From: Candidatus Omnitrophota bacterium
Lineage (GTDB): Bacteria > Ratteibacteria > UBA8468 > MWAK01
NCBI GenBank assembly: GCA_043826355.1
Contig: JBDRQI010000009.1
Coordinates: 8,625 to 72,624 of the forward strand
Direction of reading: 5' to 3'
Length of the DNA stretch: 64,000 nt
Shown here: positions 8,980 through 18,675 of the stretch, piece after piece
Layout: every line of letters starts with the position of its first letter
How positions within the stretch are numbered: the first letter of the stretch is position 1
Translations under genes and position numbers: made by a program
The notes under the pieces: generated by a model
What the model saw: the letters and a program-made list of their open reading frames with translations, nothing else
Databases searched by the model: none
Told to the model about the DNA's origin: nothing

Positions 8980-10879
8980 TAAGAAGGTTTTGGCCGGGTT
9001 GGTTATCCTGATGCCTTTGATTTTCTGGACCGTTCTTTTCGAAGGTTACACATTGCCTAAATGGTTTTTGTGGCAGTGGGGAATGCTCTTTATTTTTTTG
9101 GGTGAGGTTGTTTGGCGACAACGGGATTGCTTCGCAAAACACGCTCGCAATGATAATAAATTAATTGTTCCGGTCTTTGTCTATCCCTGGTTTGTTTTCT
9201 TCTTTTTCAGCCTCCTTTCCCTGGGCGTAGCGGTCAATCTTCAATTAGGACTGCGGACTATCGCCGACCTTTTTTTGGGGTTCAGCCTCTTTCTGTTTAT
9301 TTCCAACCGGTGGAAAGATTTTGAAATAAAAACCCTGATTCCTTTCCTGATTCTGCCTGCCTTACCGGTGGCGGTTTACGGAATATTTCAGGCGTTCGGC
9401 CACGATTTCATTTCTCTGCCCGGGCCTTTTCAAGGCGCTGTCTCCACGTTCGGGCACCGAAATTTTGTGGCCGAGTATGAGTTGATGATGATGCCATTGC
9501 TGTTGTACGGCGGGTTTTTTTACACCGCCCCCCTCACCCCGCCTCTCCCCAAAAGGGGGAGGAATTATAAAATTAGATTGGTGCGAGGCTTTAGCCTCGT
9601 CAGCCTACCGGTTGTCTATACCCACTTCATCATGACCCATACGCGCGGGTCGTATTTCGCCTTGATTGCAACGCTGTTGTTCATGGCGGGGTTTACCGCG
9701 GCATTGCCGGGGCAAAAGGCAAAGCGATGGTTTGCGGGCACAGCCGCCCTGCTCCTGTTATTGACCGGATTTTTCTTAGTACGTAATTATAATCTGCCCG
9801 GAGAGCAGGTGATAGGAAAAAGGGGCGTTGAGATTAAACAGAAAAGTTTAGCAGAAACAACCGGCGCGGAAATGCAGGAGAGGGTCGAGATTCCTTCCTC
9901 CCTGCGCAGCCGGATGCTAATCTGGCAGGCAACGCTTGCGGTATTCCGCAAGCACCCGGTTGCCGGGGTCGGCACCGGAAATCTCAACGAAGTTCTCCCG
10001 CCGTACTATCCAAAAGAATTACTCAAGAGTTTTCAGGGCAGAATGGATGCCGGAACCAGCCATAATGAATACCTGCAAGTTTTAGCGGAGACCGGAATAT
10101 TGGGCGGTGTTTCCTTCCTGGCTTTCCTGGTATTGCTACTATTTTTTGCCGTAAAGGCCAGTTGGCGGGCGGCTAAGGAAAGGGCAGAATTCCTGCCATT
10201 TTTCCTGGCAGCGGGTATTCTGGGAATTTTAGTGGTCTCTTTTATTTCGTCACCCCTGCGGAGACCGGTAACCCTCTTTTTTTTCTGGCTCTTTATTGGT
10301 TTCTTGGCGGTCTTCGAAAAAGAAAAAGGACGGTTTTTTATTTTAAACCGCAAAATACAGGAGGGAGTGCTGATAGGGTTTATCGCTGTCCTGGGTGTAT
10401 CCGCTTATGGTTTCGGCTGGCGGCCGATTCGAGCCGATTTTTACGGACAAAAAAGTTTTGCTGTTTACCGCGCCGGAAACTGGCAACAAGCGATTGCGTA
10501 TGTAGAAAAAGCGTTGAGTTTTCAGCCGCAAAGCCGTAACTTGCTTACCATTGCCGGTAATACATACCTGAATGCCGGATATTTTGAAGAGGCTATCTAT
10601 AATTACGGTAAAATTATTATTTACCACCCCTACTGGCCGCGGGGATATGGAAACATGGGCCTGGTTCTGGCGCAGGCCGGGTTCTTTGCGGATGCGGAAA
10701 AATACTTGAAATATTCTCTCCGGCTGGACGATTACCAGCCGCTGGTGCACAATACGCTGGGTGCGGTCTATTTACAACAGGGGAAGCGTGCGGAAGCGAA
10801 GGGGGAATTTTTGAAGGCGATTGCTCTTGACCCGACATTTTCTTTCCCGAGGTTAAATCTGCAGGAAATGGAGAATTAA
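8969..10879 (+). CDS. O-antigen ligase family membrane protein with C-terminal TPRs
   Basis: STFGHRNF, THTRGS, HPVAGVGTGN, HNEYLQVLAETGILG; TPR-like C-terminus. Confidence 0.9.
   Translation: MHTNKKVLAGLVILMPLIFWTVLFEGYTLPKWFLWQWGMLFIFLGEVVWRQRDCFAKHARNDNKLIVPVFVYPWFVFFFFSLLSLGVAVNLQLGLRTIADLFLGFSLFLFISNRWKDFEIKTLIPFLILPALPVAVYGIFQAFGHDFISLPGPFQGAVSTFGHRNFVAEYELMMMPLLLYGGFFYTAPLTPPLPKRGRNYKIRLVRGFSLVSLPVVYTHFIMTHTRGSYFALIATLLFMAGFTAALPGQKAKRWFAGTAALLLLLTGFFLVRNYNLPGEQVIGKRGVEIKQKSLAETTGAEMQERVEIPSSLRSRMLIWQATLAVFRKHPVAGVGTGNLNEVLPPYYPKELLKSFQGRMDAGTSHNEYLQVLAETGILGGVSFLAFLVLLLFFAVKASWRAAKERAEFLPFFLAAGILGILVVSFISSPLRRPVTLFFFWLFIGFLAVFEKEKGRFFILNRKIQEGVLIGFIAVLGVSAYGFGWRPIRADFYGQKSFAVYRAGNWQQAIAYVEKALSFQPQSRNLLTIAGNTYLNAGYFEEAIYNYGKIIIYHPYWPRGYGNMGLVLAQAGFFADAEKYLKYSLRLDDYQPLVHNTLGAVYLQQGKRAEAKGEFLKAIALDPTFSFPRLNLQEMEN
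9124..9153. repeat. GATTGCTTCG..CGCAATGA-family repeat, in frame inside CDS
   Basis: GGATTGCTTCGCAAAACACGCTCGCAATGA encodes DCFAKHARN; related copy at 12421-12456. Confidence 0.7.
9528..9600. repeat. C/G hairpin repeat followed by CGAGGCTTTAGCCTCG palindrome, in frame inside CDS
   Basis: CCCCCCTCACCCCGCCTCTCCCCAAAAGGGGGAGG, then GGTGCGAGGCTTTAGCCTCGT. Confidence 0.7.
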
Positions 10880-10956
10880 TTGCTGATTCGCCTAAAAACC
10901 CCCTCTCTTTTAACCGGAACAAAAACGGTTGGTTTAAGGCCGCAAGCGTTGTTCTG

Positions 10957-12990
10957 TCAGTTGTCCGGCTCAGGCAAGAATTTACGCAGCGCCGGGTTAA
11001 GCGGATAGCCTAACTTTTCCATCTTCCGGATATCTTTTCGAGCCCGTTGGTATTCGCCCAAAACAATCAGGGTTGCGGCCCGGTTATTATATGCCTCACC
11101 GTATAAAGGGTCTATTTTCAGCGCCTGGTTATAATCGGAAAATGCCGCCGGGTACATTTCCTTGTGGCGGTAGGCGTTGCCGCGGTTAAAATAAGCCTCG
11201 GCAAAACGAGGGTTATATTTGATGGTCAGGCTGTATTCGGCAATGGCTCGGTCGTACTCCCCTTTCTGGAAAAATATCCGCCCCCGGTTGAAATACGCGT
11301 CTGCGTCGTAAGGATTGAACTCTACGGCCCGCAACCAATCGGCAAGCGCCCGGTCGTATTCTCCCTTTTTTTCATAGGAAAATCCCCGGTTAGAATAGGC
11401 GTCGGGAGGGTAGGGATAAAACTCTATCGCCCACGTATAATCGGCGATGGCCAGATCATATTCAGCCATGTAATGATACACGACTGCCCTGCTGCAATAA
11501 GGAACGCCGCTGGTTGGGTTAAGCTTTATCGCCTGATTGCAGTCCGCAAGGGCTTGCGCATACTGGCCTGACCGTGAATAGGCCAATCCCCTGCTGCTCC
11601 AGGGCCTCGCCTTATTCGGCGATTTTTTCACCACGTCGTTCCACAGGGTTATTTCATCTTTCCAGACCTGGTTACGGGCATAGGTCATTACGGAATAGCA
11701 GGCGACTATCACCAGCAGGACGAGAGACATCAACTTCAGTTTCTTGTCTCCGAACAGGTAATAGAAGATAATCAACAAAAACAGGCAGTAGCCAACCATC
11801 GGCAGGTAAAGACGATGCTCAAAAATGACGTCCCTGATGGGAAGGATGCTGGATTCCGGAACGAGAACCAGGAAGAACCAGAAGATGCTGAAGGAAAGCA
11901 GCCGGTGTTTCCGAAACAGGATGACGGCGGCCGCCAGAATCAGCAAAATGAAGACAAGACTGGCTAAAGCGGGCGTTTGCCATAGCGTTTGAACAATCGG
12001 ATAGTCATAATCAAAATTTTGATTTACAGGCACCAGCAGAAGCCGCAGGTAGGTAACGATAACCCGGAACTGGGTTAAAAGATACTGAACCGGGGTGATG
12101 GCTGTCAAACCGGACCGGGCCTCTTTTAGAACCCGTACTTCCGATATGCGGCCCGAACCGGTTAGATAAAAAACCACCATGAAAATCACCAGAACGAAGA
12201 AAAAAGGCGCAAGCCGCTTGATTCCACCCCCGCCTCGTACGCCCCCTTTCCAGAGCTTTGGAAAGGGCACCCCTCCCCCTTGAGGGGGAGGGTAAGGGTG
12301 GGAGGGGACATTCCAAAAGAAAAAAACCTCGCAGAGCAAGAGCATAAACGGCAGGGTAACGGCCGACTCTTTGGTAAAGAGCGCGGCAACCGCCGCCAAA
12401 ACCGAACCAATATAAACAGAGTCATTGCGAAAGAGCGGCAGCGACCGCGGCAATCCCGCCCTTGCAAAACGGGTCTGGTTTAGCCTCGCCTTCAGATAGA
12501 GACAGACGGAAAGCAGGTAAAAAAAAGCCGCCAGCGAAGCGGTGCGCTGGATGATGTAGGTTACTGCCTGGGTCTGGATGGGATGGGCCACGAACATCAA
12601 GCCGGCCAGCAGGGAGATTAATTTGGCGTGCCGGGCAACCGGCGAATCTTTGACCGCCGGAACGGATAAGAGCAGGAGCGCAAGCCAGGAGACGAGCATC
12701 GCGGCGCCCAGGTGGACGGCCAGGTTAAATACATGGTAGCCGGGAAGCGACAACCGGTGAAAATGATAATTTAACGCAAGGGAGAGATAAGTAAAGAAAC
12801 GAGTGGGGAAAAAATTCCAGACGGCTTTCAGGTTCCAGAGGTTGCGGATGGCGGAGTTGGCAATAATGTTATGCCCATCGTCAAGATGGAATGCGGCGTG
12901 AAACGTGTTGGAATAGATTGCCAACCCCAGGAGAAAAAAGATGATAATTTTAAAAATATCACCGCGCTGTATTAGAATTTTTTGTTTCAT
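10957..12990 (-). CDS. TMTC-like GT-C membrane protein with C-terminal TPRs (putative protein O-glycosyltransferase)
   Basis: FHLDD, YHVFNLAVH, HPIQTQAVTYIIQR, KESAVTLP, EHRLYLP, RNQVWKDE, multiple TPRs. Confidence 0.9.
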   Translation of the reverse strand: MKQKILIQRGDIFKIIIFFLLGLAIYSNTFHAAFHLDDGHNIIANSAIRNLWNLKAVWNFFPTRFFTYLSLALNYHFHRLSLPGYHVFNLAVHLGAAMLVSWLALLLLSVPAVKDSPVARHAKLISLLAGLMFVAHPIQTQAVTYIIQRTASLAAFFYLLSVCLYLKARLNQTRFARAGLPRSLPLFRNDSVYIGSVLAAVAALFTKESAVTLPFMLLLCEVFFFWNVPSHPYPPPQGGGVPFPKLWKGGVRGGGGIKRLAPFFFVLVIFMVVFYLTGSGRISEVRVLKEARSGLTAITPVQYLLTQFRVIVTYLRLLLVPVNQNFDYDYPIVQTLWQTPALASLVFILLILAAAVILFRKHRLLSFSIFWFFLVLVPESSILPIRDVIFEHRLYLPMVGYCLFLLIIFYYLFGDKKLKLMSLVLLVIVACYSVMTYARNQVWKDEITLWNDVVKKSPNKARPWSSRGLAYSRSGQYAQALADCNQAIKLNPTSGVPYCSRAVVYHYMAEYDLAIADYTWAIEFYPYPPDAYSNRGFSYEKKGEYDRALADWLRAVEFNPYDADAYFNRGRIFFQKGEYDRAIAEYSLTIKYNPRFAEAYFNRGNAYRHKEMYPAAFSDYNQALKIDPLYGEAYNNRAATLIVLGEYQRARKDIRKMEKLGYPLNPALRKFLPEPDN
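12224..12308. repeat. Compound C/G hairpin repeat, in frame inside CDS
   Basis: CCCTTTCCAGAGCTTTGGAAAGGG plus CCCTCCCCCTTGAGGGGGAGGG; encodes PSHPYPPPQGGGVPFPKLWKGGVRGGG. Confidence 0.8.
12421..12456. repeat. GTCATTGCGA..GCAATC-family repeat, in frame inside CDS
   Basis: GTCATTGCGAAAGAGCGGCAGCGACCGCGGCAATCC; encodes GLPRSLPLFRND on - strand. Confidence 0.7.
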
Positions 12991-13321
12991 TATGCTCCGC
13001 TTCCAACAACGCTAACTTTTGCGCCAGACTCTTTACCTGAACTGTCAGTTGAGAAATTTTGAGAGAATAATGGAGACACAAAAGTATCACGAAGAGCAGT
13101 CCGAAGAAAAAAAGGGTGTTGACCGGTGTGACAATGCCGATTAGCCGGGTCAACCTGACCAAAAGGTTAAACTTCACAACCACAATGAGCAGGACAAAAC
13201 CGGTCAAGAGCCATAAAAAAGAGTATTCTTCCTTAAGTTTTCCCCGGCGCACCAATTCTATGATGCCGGACAACATGACAAAACTGATAATTATCGCGAT
13301 TAATTCCAATCTGGGCGCCAT
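12959..13321 (-). CDS. DUF2304 family small membrane protein
   Basis: ELVRRGKLKEEYSFLW...LAQKLALL; typical partner of an upstream GT2. Confidence 0.85.
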   Translation of the reverse strand: MAPRLELIAIIISFVMLSGIIELVRRGKLKEEYSFLWLLTGFVLLIVVVKFNLLVRLTRLIGIVTPVNTLFFFGLLFVILLCLHYSLKISQLTVQVKSLAQKLALLEAEHNETKNSNTAR

Positions 13322-13338
13322 GCGGACCCCCTTTAATA

Positions 13339-14064
13339 TTAACGAACCGGTCTTTTTCTTAACAGGGTTACGAAGATGGAAAGCATAATTTTGAAAATAT
13401 AACTCAGCGGCCCCAGCCCCCGGTGCTGCGACCGTCCGCCTGTCCTGGGATTCATATTCACCGGAATCTCCTTCATGCTGAATCCCGCCCGGTGCAGCAC
13501 CAGCAGAAAATCTGCGTCCGGGTAATCAAAAGAATATAAATCCTGGATGCAAAATTCCAATACCGCCCTCCTGATTGCCCGGTAACCCGAGGTTGGGTCG
13601 GTCAACCGTTGGCCGGTAAGGACCGAGGCCAGGCAGGCAAAAAAACGGATTCCCGCCAAACGGGTCACCGAACCTTCGTAGCGCTCTTCGGAAAGAAAAC
13701 GGGAACCGATTATCAAGTCTCTGCCGGATGTCTGGATTGACTGAAGAAAAAAAGGCAGGAACGATGGGTCGTGCTGGCCGTCTCCGTCCAGCTGAATCAG
13801 ATACTGATAATCATGGCTCACCGCAAATTTATATCCGGTCTGGAGCGCGGCCCCGACCCCCAGATTAAAAGGCAGTCCAACAACCCTGGCCCCTGCTTTT
13901 CGACTCACTTCTGCGGTACGGTCTCCCGAACCGTCGTCCACCACCAAAATATCGGCCTCCGGCAGGTACTTCCCGACCCCTTCTATAACCGCGGCTATCC
14001 GCTCGGATTCGTTAAAAGCAGGGATAAGCACCAGTATCTTTTCCTTTGCCATAATTTGCGCCAC
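13339..14064 (-). CDS. Glycosyltransferase family 2 (DPM1-like)
   Basis: IPAFNE, VVDDGSGD, DGDGQH, DPTSGYRA. Confidence 0.92.
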   Translation of the reverse strand: MAQIMAKEKILVLIPAFNESERIAAVIEGVGKYLPEADILVVDDGSGDRTAEVSRKAGARVVGLPFNLGVGAALQTGYKFAVSHDYQYLIQLDGDGQHDPSFLPFFLQSIQTSGRDLIIGSRFLSEERYEGSVTRLAGIRFFACLASVLTGQRLTDPTSGYRAIRRAVLEFCIQDLYSFDYPDADFLLVLHRAGFSMKEIPVNMNPRTGGRSQHRGLGPLSYIFKIMLSIFVTLLRKRPVR

Positions 14065-14137
14065 GTCTGTTTTTATTATATCATAGAATGAGGCGGATTA
14101 AATACATTTTGGCAAGGCCCGGTACCGTTGAATAAAA

Positions 14138-15562
14138 ATGGCTAAAGTGCTGTTATTGTCACCCCTGTACGTCGATTTATACGGCAACCTGCAAAAAGCC
14201 GCCGGCCGGTATTTCCCTTTGGGCATAGGGTATGTCGCCTCCTACCTCCGCAAGTACGGAAACCACGAGGTCCGAATGTATGAACCGGAAGCGCAACGGT
14301 TAAATCACGCCGATATCGTAAAGATAATTAAAACTTTTGCACCGGACGTAATCGGCATTACCTGTACTACGCCTAATTTTGCAAGGGCGATTGAACTGGC
14401 AAAAATATGTAAAATCAACTCCGGGGCAAAAGTCGTACTCGGAGGGGTTCATGTTTCTGCAATTCCTGAGTTCATAATGGAAAGGTACCCGGACCTGATT
14501 GACTGCGCGGTGGCAGGAGAAGGCGAAATTACCATGCTGGAACTGGTCAATACCTACCAGGCCAATTCCAGCACAGAAACCATAAAAGGAATAGTTTATC
14601 TAAAAAACGGAAGAGCAATCCGCAACGAAAACCGGCCTTTCATTGAAGACCTGGACTCAATCCCATTCCCTTCGCGGGACCTGATTCCCCAAGCCCTTTT
14701 CACACCCAACAGGCATAATGCCCGCTATCGAAATTGTGCGACTATTCTCACCAGCCGGGGTTGTCCGTTCAACTGCAGTTTTTGCGCTTCAAGGCTGGTT
14801 TCGGGCAAGAAGTACCGCACCCATTCGGCAGAATACGTTTTGGAAGAGATGGAGATGCTTAAAAAAAACTACAAAATTCGGCAGCTGTTGATTACCGACG
14901 ACACTTTTACCATCGACCGGAACCGGCTGGAAGAGATATGCCGAGGTATGATTGACCGGAAACTGCGCCTCGCCTGGTTCTGTTTCAGCCAAACCGGCGC
15001 GGTAAACCGGGGATTGCTTAAATTGATGAAAAAAGCAGGTTGTTACAATATTGGGTTCGGAATAGAATCGTCGGACGAGGCAATTTTAAAGAAAATGGGA
15101 AAAAATATCCTTCCCGCAAAAGCAAAGGAGACTGTCCGGATTGCCAGCGGCCTTGGGTTGAAAACGCAGACCTTCTACATTATCGGTTCGCCGGGAGAAA
15201 CAAAGGAGCAGATGAATAACACCATAAAATTCTCCAGAGAGGTGGGGTCAACCCTGGTATTCTACAACATGCTGATTCCCTTTCCCGGCACCAGGGAATT
15301 CAATTACTTCTTTTCCGAAACTCCCCTGGAAGATATAAACTGGGAAAAGTTTGTAGCGATAGGCGAACACTGCGTGTTAAAAAACGCCGGGGTTTCCGCA
15401 AAGGAAATAGAGCAAATTATCGGAAAGGCAAATTTTTCCTACTATACGCACCCCAAAAGACTTTTTAATGTTGCCTTCCACATCAGGACTTTTTACGAAC
15501 TTTCCAATTACCTGCGGGGTGGGATTGCTTTATTGAGACAGACCTGCAAGTGGTCTAATTAG
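14138..15562 (+). CDS. Cobalamin-binding radical SAM protein
   Basis: PLGIGYVAS, GGVH, GEGE, TSRGCPFNCSFC, GIES, PFPGT. Confidence 0.92.
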   Translation: MAKVLLLSPLYVDLYGNLQKAAGRYFPLGIGYVASYLRKYGNHEVRMYEPEAQRLNHADIVKIIKTFAPDVIGITCTTPNFARAIELAKICKINSGAKVVLGGVHVSAIPEFIMERYPDLIDCAVAGEGEITMLELVNTYQANSSTETIKGIVYLKNGRAIRNENRPFIEDLDSIPFPSRDLIPQALFTPNRHNARYRNCATILTSRGCPFNCSFCASRLVSGKKYRTHSAEYVLEEMEMLKKNYKIRQLLITDDTFTIDRNRLEEICRGMIDRKLRLAWFCFSQTGAVNRGLLKLMKKAGCYNIGFGIESSDEAILKKMGKNILPAKAKETVRIASGLGLKTQTFYIIGSPGETKEQMNNTIKFSREVGSTLVFYNMLIPFPGTREFNYFFSETPLEDINWEKFVAIGEHCVLKNAGVSAKEIEQIIGKANFSYYTHPKRLFNVAFHIRTFYELSNYLRGGIALLRQTCKWSN

Positions 15563-15645
15563 ATTTTTTCTTATTACGGTGGTGCGGCAACGCGGACCGG
15601 GGCTGCGGCATCGGAACCTGCTAAGAATTGCCGGGTCAGAAAGCG

Positions 15646-16434
15646 TTAAATAAAGTAAAAGAGCGCGGTGATTACGAAGTCGGCGACGATAACCATAAAG
15701 AGCGAGATTACCACCGCCAGGGTTGTGGCCCGGCCCACCCCTTTAGCCCCGCCTTCGGCAAAAAACCCCTCCCGGCTGGAAACGACTACGATAATTGCTC
15801 CAAAGATAAGCGCTTTCAAAAGACCGATCATGATATCTTTAATGAAGACGAAACGGAAGGCCTGGAAGAAGAAGAGGCTGGTATTGAGGTTCAGGGTGGT
15901 CGTACCGATTACGTAGCCGCCCAGGATTTGCAGGGTGACGGCCATTACGGTTAAAACCGGCAGCATCAAGCATCCGGCCGCGAATTTAGGCACGACCAGG
16001 TACTCAACCGGGTCAACCGCCAGGGTATTCAGGGCGTCAATCTGCTCGGTAATCTTCATCGTGCCGATTTCCGCCGCAATGGCAGAGCCCACCCGGCCGG
16101 AGATGAGAAATGCCACCAGAATCGGGCCCAACTCCCGGACCGCCGATAGCGTAACGATGGTACTGACGTAAATTTCCCCGCCGGTCAGTTTTAAGGGGGT
16201 GGCCGACTGCATCGCAACGACCATTCCGAAGAAAAAAGAGAGCAGGGCGACGATCCAGAAGGAGCGGTTACCGAAAATATCGCATTCCTGCAGGAATGGA
16301 ACCAGCCGGAGCCGGCCGGTCAGAAGGGCGGTTATTACTTTTATCAGTATCAGCGCCAGCGAACCGATGAAATGGATAAAAGCGAGAAGCCGATGGCCCA
16401 GCGTGTCAACGAAGCCGCGTTTTACTCTTTCCAT
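15646..16434 (-). CDS. mlaE: MlaE-family ABC transporter permease
   Basis: RELGPIL, GRVGSAIAAEIGTMKITEQIDAL, GVGRATT. Confidence 0.93.
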   Translation of the reverse strand: MERVKRGFVDTLGHRLLAFIHFIGSLALILIKVITALLTGRLRLVPFLQECDIFGNRSFWIVALLSFFFGMVVAMQSATPLKLTGGEIYVSTIVTLSAVRELGPILVAFLISGRVGSAIAAEIGTMKITEQIDALNTLAVDPVEYLVVPKFAAGCLMLPVLTVMAVTLQILGGYVIGTTTLNLNTSLFFFQAFRFVFIKDIMIGLLKALIFGAIIVVVSSREGFFAEGGAKGVGRATTLAVVISLFMVIVADFVITALFYFI

Positions 16435-16439
16435 GGGGA

Positions 16440-16501
16440 TTTCCCATTCCCGACAGACCCCCGCTTACTACTTGCGGGGGCAGGCACATGCGGAAATGAC
16501 A
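16440..16501 (-). repeat. Nested palindromic repeat (GTCATT.CCGC family containing a CCCCCGC..GCGGGGG hairpin)
   Basis: Reverse complement TGTCATTTCCGCATGTGCCTGCCCCCGCAAGTAGTAAGCGGGGGTCTGTCGGGAATGGGAAA. Confidence 0.6.
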
Positions 16502-16508
16502 AATAATA

Positions 16509-17474
16509 TTAAGGCAATTCAGCGAAGAGCATCCGGCCGGTGGCGGTTTGAATCGTGTTGGCGATGACCACCTCCAGCGATTCCCCGATGTGCTTGCGTC
16601 CGCCTTCCACGACAACCATCGTGCCGTCTTCAAGGTAACCGATGCCCTGGTCGGGTTCTTTGCCTTCTTTTATGATTTTAATCAGGATATGTTCGTCCTG
16701 AACATACCGGGGTTTCAGGATAGTGGAAAGGCTGTTGAGGTTAAGCACTTTGATGTTCTGAACTTCGGCAATTTTGGCCAGGTTGTAATCGTTGGTCAGG
16801 ATGCGGGATTCGGAGGTTCGGGCCAGGTGAATCAGTTTGGCATCTACCCCGGAGATATTCGGAAAATCAATATCTTCAATGATGATTTTAACTTCCGGGT
16901 CGCGGCGCAACCGGTTGAGCATCTCAAGCCCCCGTCGGCCCCGCTGCCGTTTAAGGTCATCGGAAGAATCGGCGATCGTCTGCAGTTCCTTAATGATAAA
17001 ACTGGGAACGACCAGCCGGTAATCCATGAATCCGGTATGGGATAAATCCAGCAATCGTCCGTCAATAATTACGTTGCTGTCCAGGAGCAACGGCGGTATC
17101 TTCTCGGCTTCACCCACGATCCCGGAAAGCAGGCTCAATTTGCCGGTATACCGCAAGGCGATAGTTATACCAAGATAGGAAAAGAGATAGTAAAGAAAAA
17201 AGCGTACGTAGTACTGGATTTCAATCCGCGGCGGGATTAGGAGAATCATCTCAAAGAGAAGCCGCGCTGAAACCAGGCCGATAATCATACCAAGTGCGCC
17301 CAGAAAAATGCGCCGCGCCGGTATCTTCTCCATCATTATTTCCAGGAGAATGATGGTCCCGGCGCCGGCCAAGCCGAACAAGGCGCCGGAAAAAGCCTCA
17401 CTCGGCGGCGCCACATAATAGCCGGTTATCAATGCGAAAATAAAGAAAAAAAGACGAATGATAAGTAAACCCAT
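16509..17474 (-). CDS. PIN/TRAM domain membrane protein (YacL family)
   Basis: LDSNVIIDGR, RGRRGL, TNDYNL, GYLEDGTMVVVE, QTATGRMLFA. Confidence 0.92.
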   Translation of the reverse strand: MGLLIIRLFFFIFALITGYYVAPPSEAFSGALFGLAGAGTIILLEIMMEKIPARRIFLGALGMIIGLVSARLLFEMILLIPPRIEIQYYVRFFLYYLFSYLGITIALRYTGKLSLLSGIVGEAEKIPPLLLDSNVIIDGRLLDLSHTGFMDYRLVVPSFIIKELQTIADSSDDLKRQRGRRGLEMLNRLRRDPEVKIIIEDIDFPNISGVDAKLIHLARTSESRILTNDYNLAKIAEVQNIKVLNLNSLSTILKPRYVQDEHILIKIIKEGKEPDQGIGYLEDGTMVVVEGGRKHIGESLEVVIANTIQTATGRMLFAELP

Positions 17475-17651
17475 AAATCACCTCCCAATTTTAAAAAATA
17501 TAGCACCGTCAAAAATTAACCGCGAAAACCCTGCCACGAAAACACAGAGGGGTAGCCGCAGAGCGAAACTCTAACCTGAAAGATGCAAAGCTATCGCTTT
17601 GCCGCTATATAATTATTCCGTGCTTCCGTGGTATATTTTAGTATTTAATTT

Positions 17652-18671
17652 TTATGAACCCGGTCGTAATAATCGCCAGGGTTTTGCCCGGATATCGGAA
17701 ATTAAACCTTTTACCTCGTTATAAAGTTCATCGCTGGTCAGGAATTTCCCGGCGCTGCCCCGTCCGGTTTTGATGTTCAGGGAAAGGTCCTTGATGCTTT
17801 CGGATGCTTCGGCAAACTGACCGGCTGACCTTTCCAGGTCTGTCAGTGATTTATCCAGTTTGCGGTAGAGATCGCCGGAAGAGATTAAGAGCCCCAGGGT
17901 GCTGTCATCGCTCTGAAACTTGCCCATTACTTCCGACATCTGTTGGGAAACGTTTGCCAGGCCGGCAGAAGCAATCTGAAAATTAAAGAGGGCCTGGACC
18001 AGCGCCGGCTTGGTCTGCTCCACGACGCCCTGGGCGGAAGAGAGCAATTCCTGCGCCTTAATTGAGGCTAATTGCAAATCCGTCGCCGCCGCCTGGATAC
18101 CGGAGAGAGTTTTGCTTCCCTGCGCGGACATGCTTTTAAGTTGGTCCAGGGTGGCGTAAAGCTCTTCCTTGAACTTTGGGTCTCCAAATAACTTATCCAC
18201 CGAAGAGACCATTCGCTGGATATTTCGGCCCAGGTCTTCGCCCATCGCCAGCAGGCGGTCTATGGGAAGCGGTTCGGTACCGACCATTACTTCGTTAGGT
18301 TGAATCAGCGGGGTGTCGGTAAACGAAGTGGGGAGTATCTCCACGTACTTTTCTCCGATTAATCCGAAGCTGCGGATAAAAACCTGGGAATGGCGGCCGA
18401 GTTTAACCGAGCGGTCAAGGTGCAGGGTTACAAAGACGCGGGGAGTTTCGGAATAGTCAACGATGACTTTTTTGACTTCGCCTACCCGTACACCGCTCAC
18501 CTGAACCGGAGAACCCCGGTCAACGCCGGCTACGTATTTAAAGACGGCTTTCACCTCATAACCACCCTTCCGGAACGAAAATTGCCCCTTAACGACGGCA
18601 AAGATGAGGATAAGCAAAATCGCCAGCATTGCGAAGAACCCAACCCGCAGTTCCAGCGTTAGTCTCTTCAT
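17652..18671 (-). CDS. mlaD: MlaD/MCE family protein
   Basis: N-terminal TM, GSPVQVSGVRVGEV, GLIGEKYVEI, helical C-terminus. Confidence 0.9.
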   Translation of the reverse strand: MKRLTLELRVGFFAMLAILLILIFAVVKGQFSFRKGGYEVKAVFKYVAGVDRGSPVQVSGVRVGEVKKVIVDYSETPRVFVTLHLDRSVKLGRHSQVFIRSFGLIGEKYVEILPTSFTDTPLIQPNEVMVGTEPLPIDRLLAMGEDLGRNIQRMVSSVDKLFGDPKFKEELYATLDQLKSMSAQGSKTLSGIQAAATDLQLASIKAQELLSSAQGVVEQTKPALVQALFNFQIASAGLANVSQQMSEVMGKFQSDDSTLGLLISSGDLYRKLDKSLTDLERSAGQFAEASESIKDLSLNIKTGRGSAGKFLTSDELYNEVKGLISDIRAKPWRLLRPGS

Positions 18672-18675
18672 CCTG

